From contig CM074805.1 of NCBI GenBank assembly GCA_037447605.1, positions 2,203,361-2,267,360 of the forward strand: a stretch of DNA of 64,000 nucleotides, in the 5' to 3' direction. The first letter of the stretch is position 1, and each line of letters begins with the position of its first letter. A program made the translations under genes and the position numbers. This document shows positions 52,883 through 64,000 of the stretch, one piece after another. The notes below the pieces were generated by a model that was given only the letters and a program-made list of their open reading frames with translations, did not search any database and was not told where the DNA came from. This stretch comes from Zygnema circumcarinatum SAG 698-1b (taxonomy: Eukaryota > Plantae > Zygnematophyceae).

Positions 52883-55800
52883 ATGGCTGCCTCAGAAAGT
52901 ATTGCGGATACGCAATGCAGGTCTGTAAAGCGAGCTTGCAACACGTGTGGTACTGCGGTGTTCTCTCCAGGGCGCTTGCGAGGAGCGCAGTTCCTCGTTA
53001 CTCTCTCGTTGCTAGTGAGCATGGGAGAGGGCCATCTGTCTGGCCCTGGCGTGACAATCGACTACGCCCAAGCTCTACGCAAGGCGCTCGTGTTCTTTGA
53101 GGGGCAGCGGTCGGGGAAGCAGCCGGAGGGTGCTGGCTCTGCACCTTTTCGCAATCTGGCTTGGAGAGGGGACTCTGGACTTGAAGATGGCCGAGAGCAA
53201 GGTATAATCCGCCATAGAAAGTCACCTCCGTATGTTGGGAAAGGAGCGTTTTTATCTGAGTTGTCTTAAAATCAGCTTTTGCCTTTTTTCACTCTTGAAT
53301 TCTTTGGATGTCGTTTTCTGAGGTGACTAGCCAAGCAAAGTTTTACCTCCTTTTAAGCGGACGTTTCTGTCGCTCTTTTTTATGAAGATCTCTCCCCTTT
53401 CAGCTCACATCAAGAATGCAAATGTGGCAAGGTTTCTCCGCAGGTGGTTGCTCGTGGGCTCAGTTGCACCCGCAAATGTAAGGTGAAGTCGATATCACTA
53501 ATTGTGAAGTCCTCTTCTTTGTTCCCTTCCTTCGGCAGGTGTTGATCTTGTAGGAGGGTACTATGATGCCGGTGACAATGTCAAGTTTGGGTTTCCCATG
53601 GCCTTTTCCATGACCATGCTTGCATGGTCACTCATTGAATATGGCGATCGAGTTCAGGCAATTGGAGAATTGGAGACTGCCCTCTTTCATCTGAAGTGGG
53701 GCACTGATTACTTGATTAAGGCTCATACGGCACGCACTGAGTTATGGGGTCAGGTGGGCTTTTTCCTTACCTGCAGACGTTCACTCCATAGCTCCTAATA
53801 GACTGCAGGCTAGTTGCTGATCTGCAAACGTTATGTTGCATACTTTAACATCATTAACTGCTCTCTGGACTATTGGGAGCTATGAGATAGGTGAGGCTTT
53901 TTTGGATTGGTCTGTAGATCTAGGCTCAGCAGGGCACGAAGTTCAACCTACAAATCCAAGTTACTTGTTTGGTTGCTTACATACCGTTAGTGGAAGTTCA
54001 GGACAGTCAATTCCTGAAACTCACTAAATTTCTTAATTTTGTGAGCAATCGGCAATGGGCATTATACGAGATTCGGCATCAAACCTTTGAAATTCGTAGA
54101 GAGTCTGCCGTGCATCAGTCCCACCTTGCATGTTGTGCCTGCTTCATCTGTCAGGAAACGGTCCACAGATTCAGCATTTCATCTCGCGCTCTATTGTAGG
54201 TTGGAGATGCGGTTGACGATCATGCTTGCTGGATGCGCCCTGAAACCATGACAACACGTCGCACAGCATACAAGGTGGATGCCGACAATCCTGGATCAGA
54301 CCTCGCGGGTGAGACAGCGGCGGCAATGGCAGCGGCATCTATCGTATTCCGCAAGGATGCACAGTACTCTTCTTTGCTGCGCAAACATGCTGAGGAGTTG
54401 TTCTCATTTGCTACTCAATATCGAGTGAGACTCGCAACCTCTACGGCTGCATTCATAAAGTCGTTCTCATCGAGTTGCTTTGCTGATCTCTTCGATTTCG
54501 AAGCTTAACAAAGGAAGGAGATTACAGTATTCACCAAATCTTAACATTCCTGTTTGAATTGGTCACTGTTTCTGTTGACAATTACGCTTTGTTGCATGCT
54601 CAAACTGGTCTTGGTCTGCGTCAACCATTGCGTACGTGCAATTTTAAATGCATCTGCCCTCTGCTTTTAGTGACTGTATACGCTTTTTAACCTAATGCCA
54701 TCGATGGACAGAAAATTCAGTTTAGTTTTTATAGATTATTAAGGTATAGGGCCGCACATGCAAAATCTCACTGTCATCTGTGGGTACGACTTTGTTAGAG
54801 AGGTTAGTGATGGCAGTTCTAGTTCTTTTACTTATCATGCATTGCTTTATGGGTACAGGGCAATTACAGCGACAACATGTTTGCAGCGGATGGCTTCTAT
54901 ACCTCTTCCAGTGGCTATGGAGATGAGCTTATCTGGGCTGCAACGTGGCTATTCCGCTCAACAGGAGCTCCGCGCTATCTAAAGTTTGCAGCGGGTGACA
55001 AATCGTCACAATGGGGCTTGCAGAAGCAGCTTATGACAGAGTTTTCCTGGGACAATAAGGACTCTGGTGCCCAAATTTTGCTCACAGTGGTATACATCAA
55101 TTTTTGCACTTAGTTGTTAGCGGTACATGCTTGATATCCTGCTTCATCTTGGCCTTCAGAACAGTGTTTCTTGAATTGTGACTCCTTCTAGCGCTTTTCT
55201 CCACATCGTCACAGATCCGTGCTCTTTCTAGAAGCCTACGGAAGCCACATCAGAAGCTGGCACATATTCACTGCATGTTCCCTTGCATGGTGTGGCAACA
55301 GCTAAAACTGCAAAACTCGGCAAGCATGGCCATTTACGATCCAGCATTGACCAAGTACCGTGCTTTGGCGGAGGGGTATGTCTGCGCTCATGTGGAAATG
55401 ACAGTACAACACACCGATGGTGAGGCACTTCTCGTGTTAAAGTGAATTTGTCTCCAGCTGTCTTGTTGCATTACTGGGATAATCGCCTCACTTCACAGAC
55501 GGATAGAATCACTTATGCACTTTAGGATGTAATTGACGTATCTATACCCTGCATTAGGAGAGGAGAAAGCGAGGCTATCATAATTACTGCTGGTTTTCTA
55601 TAGGGGGGGGAAGCAGTCGTCTACATTGAACGTTCAACAGGGTCATTTGCTGGTCGGTGAACTAGATCATGGTCTCTGACTTCTTGCACATAGTTTTTGT
55701 CCATCGCTTGGGCAAATCCATGCAATAGTGGCAAAAAAAGTGAGGCCATTTGACAGATTTTGTCCGGAAATTTGTTTCTGCCAAACCCATTAAAGCAACA

Positions 55801-58231
55801 GTGCTTGATTTTTTATTGACTTCCATTTCATTTACAATGTCACTACCGCAGGAATCCACTTCTAGTTTCGAGGGGATACGATTTAGAATTGGAGTTCCAA
55901 TTTATTTCGAAGGAGAACTTGTTGATCGAGAGTGCTATCTTTCCTTTGCTGGCCGACATCTACCTGAAGGAGTACTCTGCCCTAACGCATAGCACGGGAT
56001 TTTCCTTTGCAGATGGCCTCGTTTACGTCAGAGAATGGTTGCCTCTTCAATATGTTGCGACTGCAGCCTTCCTTGTGGTGCTGTATGGAGATTATCTTAG
56101 TCAAGCTGGCGAAAGCTTGACGTGTGGACATAACTCATACAGTTGGGAGAGCCTATATGATTTTTCAGCACGTCAGGTGAGTGCTGCAAGCTGTTTCTTT
56201 CTAGTGTAGATCAGGCTCTCTTTCCTTCCACCATACTCCTACATGGTAATTCTCACCTGGCCACACGTCTTCTTCTCGAACATGCTGGATTTTTTTTTTG
56301 TTGGCCAGTGAAACAAGTGTTTGTGTTTTGAAGAGGATGTGCGTGATAGAATAGTACATCTACTTAACTATTTAGAACGAATGTACAGCTTCATACTTCA
56401 CCCGAGATCAACAAGCAGAGTAACACTGTGTGATTTTCACTGTCTGTCACTTGTTTCGTGGGGGCCAAGGTATCGTACGTGCTGGGCAATAACACAGCAA
56501 GGCGGAGCTACATGGTGGGCTATGGACCTCTCTATCCCGAGCACCTTCACCATCGAGGTTCTTCCATTCCTGATGATGGACAGCTTTACACATGTAAATC
56601 TGGCTATAAGGTGAACACGGCGGCAGGCATGAACCTTCACTCTTGTATGTTTTTGGTGGAGTATGATTTCTTGATGGAGCAGCTGCGAAGGTGGAGATTC
56701 CTCACACGCTGTGCTTTCCAATGCTGCAGTGGGTATTCAGCAAAGCTGCCGATCCCAACATCTTAGAAGGCGCGATTGTTGGAGGACCTGATATAAACGA
56801 CAACTTTCAAGATAATCGAACGAACTTTGGACAATCCGAACCCACAACTTACATTAATGCTGCCTTCATTGGCGCGCTAGCGCGCCTAACTGCCGGTCGC
56901 ACCCGCTACATTCCACCTCCTACGTCCATCCCATCCTTCCCATCTACTCCCCCTTCTCCAGTTGAATTGCCTCCGTCTGCAGACAAATGCTATTCTGTGC
57001 AAGTGTATCACGATGAGGATTACGGAAATGTGTCGAGTGGGGGCTTCATATCTGGCCAAATTAGCGACGGGGCATCATTTCAATTGGCGACAATGGAGCA
57101 TCCCGCTGAGGGGTCAGAACGGGCGCTTTTGGTGGGGCCCTCTGATGCCCGGACTGCTTTCTACTTCTATCTCACGGTGAGCCCGTGTAACAGCAGAAAT
57201 GCGTCTTTGGAACAACGCACTTCACATTGTAATCAGCATAGCAACGAAGCTTCTATTCCTCAGAGAGTAGTTCTTCAGATTCCAAAGGGACGGATTCCAC
57301 TAGCATGTCATGTTTCATTAGTCTAGCCAAGTGTGCCATGTATTGAGAACTGATGAATATTTGCCTCAACCTGGTGCGACAGAGCTGGGCCCCACATGTC
57401 GTCATATCAGACGCTATGGTGGTCACTCTCCTCATGACAAGAGGCTGCATGGCCACGGCGGGCTTTGCGGGGCCGGAGATTGCGCTTCAACTGCTAACAT
57501 CAGAGGGGACCACTGAAGTGTGGGATGGATACCTTTGTGACTACATTCGTGCCGGAGATATACCACCAGACGGGTATCAGCGCGTCTGTCTGCCGCTGAC
57601 AGGTGGCGGCCTTGGAGCAACCCCAGGGTCCCTGCTTGTTGGCTTGCAGTTTTCGTCCAAGGGAGGAAACGACTTTCCTGTGTTTATTGACGAGATCAAG
57701 ATTGTGAGTTGTGCTGAGCCATGCGAAGAAGAACCCCGAATCCATCTCCCAGAAAGTGGTCCGCGAAACACCTCCGCACCTCCTCTGCTCTCTCCTGCTG
57801 ACAGCCCTGCGTTTTCCCCGCCTCTTCCTCAGCTCTCCCCCACGAGCCAACCTATTGAGCCCTTCCCTGCTCCGTTACCTCTCCAGACAGACTCCCTGCC
57901 GCAGGTTAAGGGTGCAGGACCTCTGGCCATGGTAGCTCAAGTACGTCCTATGTGGGCTGCTGGTGGTTCTTTGAGTGCGCAATATCAGGAGGTCACAGTC
58001 AACATCACAAACACCGACAGGAGGAGAAATGTTTTGGATGCGAGTCTTACATGCATCCACTTTGCGCCCACGAACTATTGGGGCATAGAGAATAGCTTGA
58101 GTTCTGGTGCATGCAACCTTCCCTCTTGGCAATTCCCGATCAGCCCCGGCATGTCTCGGACCTTTGGATACATTCAGATCCTTGGTACGGCTGCTACTCT
58201 CATTATTGACAGCGTTAAACTTGGCACATAG
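52883..58231 (+). CDS. GH9 endo-1,4-beta-glucanase with an internal CBM-like beta-sandwich and a C-terminal CBM49
   Basis: [111 protein letters not shown]. Pro-rich linkers. C-terminal W..G...YWGI...LPSW...FGYI matches the CBM49 pattern. Confidence 0.9.
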
Positions 58232-59844
58232 AACCAGCAAAGCTTGCACACGTGTCTTTACTCCGTACTGACTTCGCCCACTTTTGGTCGGAATGTGTTG
58301 TACGGATGTCATGATGGCACTCATTTTAGGTCGTCTTCTTTGAATTGTTTCAAACTTTTGTTATTGTAGGGTACGAGTCGAGTGGCGTTCTTGTTGGAAG
58401 ATTCTTATTCTTGATTTTAGTTTAATTCCCATTTGAAATTCGCTTGATTAGCACGTGACTCTCTCCAAGGAATATAGAGCTTCTGCGTGAGAGCCAGTTG
58501 TACAGTTGAACGTTGCAGCAACATATCAGAAACGCCATGTGTGTTGTCCATCCAGTGTGCAAGATTCCAAAAGTTTTTTCAAAAGTGCATCAGCATAGGA
58601 CCCTCTGTCAGCAGGGATTGTGCGGAAAATACCTTGAACCGTAATGTGATCGCCAATGAAAAAAATTTCATACTGAGCGAGCATGAACCAGAGACTTACA
58701 AGATCTCTCGACAGAATCCACACCCAGTGAACTCGGGATTTAATCTGAAAACCGTCAGCTGTCGGCATGGATCACAATTGGCGAGGGATGGAAGCGAGGA
58801 GAAGCCACAGGCAATGGAGCTTTGCGTCACGACATGGTGTTGTTGGAACTTCACGCTGTCCTTTGGAGGCTTTCTTTCTTTCCCGGAGACAGAAGGGTTT
58901 CCCTCGCCGCCCTCTCCCGCCTGCACGGCCGGTCCATGTCCAGGTCCAGGTCCAGGGCAGGCAGGCAGGCAGGCAGGCAGGCAGTGCCTCCCCTAGGTCC
59001 AGCGCCCCCTTCCCCTGGCTGGGCCTCCCTCGTCCGCCACAAGGCGAAGCACCGCCCGCCGGCAGCGCTACATGCTTCCAGGTGCGCCGCGACTGTCCGC
59101 GCCCCCACGCAGTTCCACGGTTCCATGCGTGAGACCTAACCGCGGGATCACGTCATCTAGCGCCAGCAAGTGCTTTGCGATGACGTCACACAATTTGGGA
59201 AACCGCCGTGGCAGGCGCTGGTCGTGCCGCCACGTGGCGCTCATCCGCGTTGCACGGCCAGCGGCGCCAGGTGGCAAGTTTGTCGGCTTGGCTCGTGGAC
59301 GCGGCGCCTGCCGACGTGGCAGCAGCCGCCCCCGCACCGGCGCGCATTTCGTACAATTCGTACATGACTTAACTTTGTCGCGGCCTGCCTTCAATGATGC
59401 CGCGGCGTGTCGTAATGGAAGTGCGCGCGCCACGTGGCAGCGGCGCTCTGGACCTTGTGCCAGGTCCGTACAGTGTCGCCATAATGGGCCGCGGCAGTCT
59501 GTACCATCATGATGGCCATGGAGGGAGGGAGTGACCTCTCATGCTGACTGTTCATGCTGCATGCATGGCATGGAGAATGGATGGGGTCATGCCGGGCGAG
59601 CTGTACGGATGGAGAGTTGCGGGGGCATTGGGCCTATGCCGCGGACCCGACCGCGGGGAGCGGCCACGTATGGCCAGGAGGGCCACCGCGTGGGCGCTAT
59701 TTCAAAACAAGTACTTCTGTATTTGGCACGGAAATATTTTTGCAGGGTTGCCGGGTACCGGGTTCGAGTCATACTTTGTCGGAAATGTGAAAGGTGACGC
59801 GTAGGGGAGGGAGGCAGCGGGTAGCGCGAGGCGGGCGGGCGGCC

Positions 59845-62800
59845 ATGGCTGTGGAGGAGGCGGCCATGGACGCGGAGGCGGAGTCGGTGAGTGTGGGCGC
59901 TCTTGCCGCCTTGCTGCGGCGCTCGCTGGCGCTGCAGTGGGTGCTGTGCGCCGACACGTGGCGGGTGCTGCACGCGTCCTGCGGCGCCCTGCGGCTGCTG
60001 GGCCCTCCGCCCGCGCACGTGCGGCAGCTGGCGTTCCTGCCCGGCAGCGCGGGCGCGTGGGAGCGCATGGCGGCGCCCCTGCTGCGCGGGGAGGCGGAGA
60101 CCGTCTCCTTCGCGGCGCAGCTGCGCTGGTGCGAGCGGCAGGACCCCGCCGGCAGACTGCGGGGAGGGGGCAGGGAGGCGGCCCGCGAGACGTGCGAGCA
60201 CGAGCGGCGCGTGCTGCAGAAGGGCGAGGGCGGCGAGGCGCGTTTGGGGGGGAGCTGCGGCGTGCCGGCGCTGGTGGACCTGCAGCTGCTGGAGCTTGAG
60301 GGGGGGCGCACCTACATTCTGGCCACGGGGCATTCCATGGCGGACTTGAAGCGGCTGCAGGTAAAGATCTTGCTGAAGTGCGGCTTGGAGGAATGATTAC
60401 CTAGTGTTCGTTCGCTGGGATGAGACTCAGCTGTGCCCGGCTCAGCAGCTTGCTTGGAAGAGCTTTCTGGACGCTACCTCTAGGGAGAGGAGGTAGACGA
60501 AAAGGGGAGTTTGTAACACTAGGTAATGTCATCCTAAGGCAAAGTGACAGAAATGGCAGATGACTGGTTTCTTGGTAGTAGATTAATAACATCAATGATA
60601 GTCAGCCTTGCCTATGAACGATTTTGCTGAATTGCGTGACTATTCGCCATCTCGCCTAAGCGTGCCTTTTGAACACCATCTGCACTAATTCACCTTACTT
60701 GAACTGGAAGGTTTTGCAAATCTTTCCCTAAAGACCCTATGCATCAACCGATGCATACGATCGTCAAATCGCACTTTTGATCTGCCATTCGATGGTCCAA
60801 GAGTTGGACCAAATGTAAACAACTGTACCTGCTGGTGGAGATTTGTCTCCATGGCGTCATCATGCATAAAGAGCTGCCAATTTTTTTCTGCCTTAAGGCC
60901 TCAGGGGCAGTGAGTTTTAAATAAGGAATAAATGAGTCATTGGCATTCAGTGAGGCCTAGCTGGGGGACTCACGTTTCGTGGATGGCGCGGGACTGTGAG
61001 AAGTACAAGATGCAATTCCGATTCTGATTATAGTTGTGTCATTCCTGGCATTTTTCAAGAGCCACGTCCAAATGTAGGTAATCAGCAGATTTCATGTTGG
61101 GAAATTTTGTATTTTGTATTCATCTTCGTCAATCCTGAACGATGTGACCATTCAACATTTGTATTTCACGAGGTGACTAAATTGCCAGTTGTCCACTCGA
61201 TTCGACGGTTTGTAAATGTTTGAGGACCACACTCCTAACATCCTGCAGCTAACCCTTTTTCTTCTTTGAAAGTGCAGGAGTGTGCACAGACTGCAGCGCA
61301 ATGTTTAGGCGAGGCGGAGCGCATGGATCCATTTCCTGCTTGCATTGGACGAGGGTGCGCGGAGGCCCCGACGACATCCCTTCAGGAGGAAGGGGCTGAA
61401 CGAAAGGGAGTGCGAACATCTCCAAAGCCACCTCGTGCAAGTGCGAGGTGAGGAGGGTTTCCAACGTGGTCCGCTCCGCGTTGCGTACTCACTTATGCTT
61501 TCTCGCTCTCTCACAATGCAGTACACGCTCAGTGCGGGAAACGTGGCTCTGAGGGTGGAAGCAGGACATCGAGACTGTGCAGAGGGTGCGCGCCATGTGA
61601 GAGAGCAGCTGCGGATGATCGCTGGAAGGCTCTGCGGAGCGATGAGCGGCAAAACAGCGTTCAGCTGAATGTCGCGGCGGAGTTGCTAAGCAGACGGAGC
61701 ACGAAGGAGGAGATGGAGAGTCTGCTGGACGCTGCAGGGCTGGGGGTGGTCAGGCTCGCGTCCCCGACCTCATGTGTTGCATACTGCAGGTGGGCAGAAG
61801 AGGAGAGCAGGGAGTGTGAATGCCCTTTCACTCAGAGTGACTATACTCGCTTGGCCTGAGCCTTTTTATCTGCTCAGAGGGGACCTCGGTGGGAGTCCTC
61901 GCGGTTTCAGCATTTAGCGTAAGATTGGAGGAGAGGGAGGCGGAGGTTCACGTAGCGTCTGACTGTGTTTTGCAGTGAAGGGGCAGCGAGAATGGTCGGC
62001 CTCCCGCGGGAGATGCTTCTCGACCGGCCCCTCCCGGACCTCATGGAGCCTGCATGTACGGCCGCCTTCCAGGTTGGCCCGAACTAAACCATAGACTTTG
62101 GGAGACTCACATTTTGGCATAGTGGTGAGGTGTGCGTATGGGATACATAGCCATCTCGAGCAATGCTGCCTCAAGGTCAGGGCTCATTCTTGAGGGGAGG
62201 GAGATGGGGCAGAGGGAGATGGAGAAGTGCGCAACGTCTGAAAGTGGGAGCCACGGCTGCGAAGTGCAGATGAGACAGGAGGGCGGGTCTTGCATATCCG
62301 TGTCCTTGAAATTCGTCCGCACGCCCTCACAAGGCAGCGACTCTGCCGCCTTTGTGACATGTCTGTTGACTGACATCACTGTGCAGAAGGAGCTGGAGGT
62401 ATGGCTCTCCTTCTTCACTTCCCTTTTGTGTTACATATTGGTTTTTGGTTTTCGTACTTGGGGCCTGTGGAAACTGGTGTGTTTGGCATTTTGGGTAGTC
62501 AACTATGGACAGCCGTAGCTCTTTCTGAAATAAGCGATGGAACACTATGAGACCGTTCACTGTAAGAATCGGTATGTCTAGCTTCTGTCTGTATGGCGGA
62601 TTGGCTTGAGCATGGCTGATAGTAGAGGAAGTTTTGGACGGCGAGCGCAGGCTGGAACGGAAGAAGCCTTAAGTCTGTGCAGCAAAATGATAGAACCTTC
62701 AAGAGCGAGTAGTTCGGAAGGTTTCATGGTGGAGGACGGTCTCAAGGCGGCGTTGAACAATGTGGGAATTTTGCTCGAGAGGTATCGCCAGCTTTTTGAG

Positions 62801-64000
62801 CTGTACATGGTGAGGAAGAGGGGCCCTGCTCTCTTAAAAAAGAAATCCCTGTTTCTAGTTAAAGATCATGATCATTTTTTGTAGAATTCGCTTTGTTTGT
62901 TTCAAGGTAGTCTATTCCAGGAGAGGAGTAGGCTATCAAGGTAGCTGTAACTATGTCATTCCATGCATTTCCCATTGCCTGAACGTCCTGCTGATGGCTT
63001 CACAACCCTTATACCTAACACGTCCATACGGTCAGAGTTATATGCTTCCCATAAAAGGCAAGCTGCGGATGTACATATGTAGGTGTTCAAGCCCTATGTA
63101 CACCGTTCCGTTAGATTCTGCCCAACTTATTCCATGCTCGTTCCCCAGGACACAGCTTAGGGGTTGGATTCTCCACGTTTTGTTGCTTTCGAGTCTCGTC
63201 ACGACCTACAAAGGGTGGGATCAAACCCACTAGGACATTGCGGATATTTCGAAATGGACTGCTGCGTGATGATGGGTTTAGCTTTGATACCAGTGTAACG
63301 AATCCTTCTCGCTGCAGCGGTCAAACCCAGATAGAGAAGCGTTTTGTGCTTGCAAGTGAGTCGCCTTGCGCTTGCTCTGATAGGGCCCCTTGTTCAGGCC
63401 CCCGTGCTTTTGTACGACGACAAGCGGCGCGTGTTGGACTGCAACAAGGCGGCGCTGCGCATCCTCCATTTGGAGAGCAAACGCGACATTGTGGGCGCGC
63501 CCAGCAGCAGCCTCTTCCCCCTCCGGCAGCCGGACGGGACCCTGTCAGTGGAAAAGTCCCGCAGCGTGCGCGACGCATACATGCAGCCTGGCAACCACTG
63601 CCAAATCGAGTGGACGTATCAGCTGAAGGATGGCACGCTCGTGCCAACCATTACGCAGGCTATGGTGGGTCGGGGTCCTTTCCTTATGAAGGCAATTCTT
63701 GGATGAAAAAGGTATTGCAGCAAGTCGTGCTTGTTTCCTAAGCGTCTCGATCAGCAAGAGGGGTGTCTCAGTTCGTGCTTCGGGATTTTTCTCTAACTTT
63801 TGACATGGTGCGAAACGTGTACAGTTTCTGCGGCTTCAAGGTAAGGAGGTGTACTTCTGCATTTGGCACGATCAACGACAGGCTCGCCGCGCGGAGGAGG
63901 AGCTGCGCGCCTCAAAGGAGCAGGCGGAGGCAGCGAGCCGCGCAAAGAGCGAGTTTCTGGCCAACATGAGCCATGAGATTCGCACTCCCATGAATGGTGG
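59845..64000 (+). CDS. Multi-PAS sensor histidine kinase (probably hybrid); 5' part only, runs off the right edge
   Basis: Several exons with PAS/PAC-like segments ([19 protein letters not shown]...FPLRQPDG...[11 protein letters not shown]; [10 protein letters not shown]), ending at the H-box [25 protein letters not shown] (63920-63998). Linkage of the first exons is inferred. Confidence 0.82.

Overview
Intron-rich eukaryotic nuclear DNA from the green lineage, most likely a streptophyte alga (inferred from an eEF3-like gene together with land-plant-type THIC 3'UTR architecture, a phytoglobin with the plant 3-intron pattern and a GH9-CBM49 cellulase). About 14 protein-coding genes, many in head-to-head pairs around GC-rich promoters: eEF3-like (partial), an intronless glycosyltransferase-like gene, a TRAF7-like RING-ZnF-coiled-coil-WD40 gene, two tandem PLAC8 genes, phytoglobin, mitochondrial intermediate peptidase, UMP synthase, YrdC/Sua5, DUF962/Mpo1, THIC, THI1/THI4, a GH9 cellulase and a multi-PAS histidine kinase (partial). 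The standout is a thiamine-biosynthesis locus. THIC (pyrimidine branch) and THI1 (thiazole branch) are divergently transcribed from a ~720-bp intergenic region. THIC has one TPP riboswitch in its 3' region and THI1 has three structurally intact tandem TPP aptamers downstream of its stop codon, each containing its own candidate 3' splice site. Also present: a TA-flanked MITE, a 4-copy dispersed repeat, a 19-bp minisatellite, GTAC and G-box clusters, and an isolated perfect hairpin. Exon boundaries were read by eye and are not transcript-verified.
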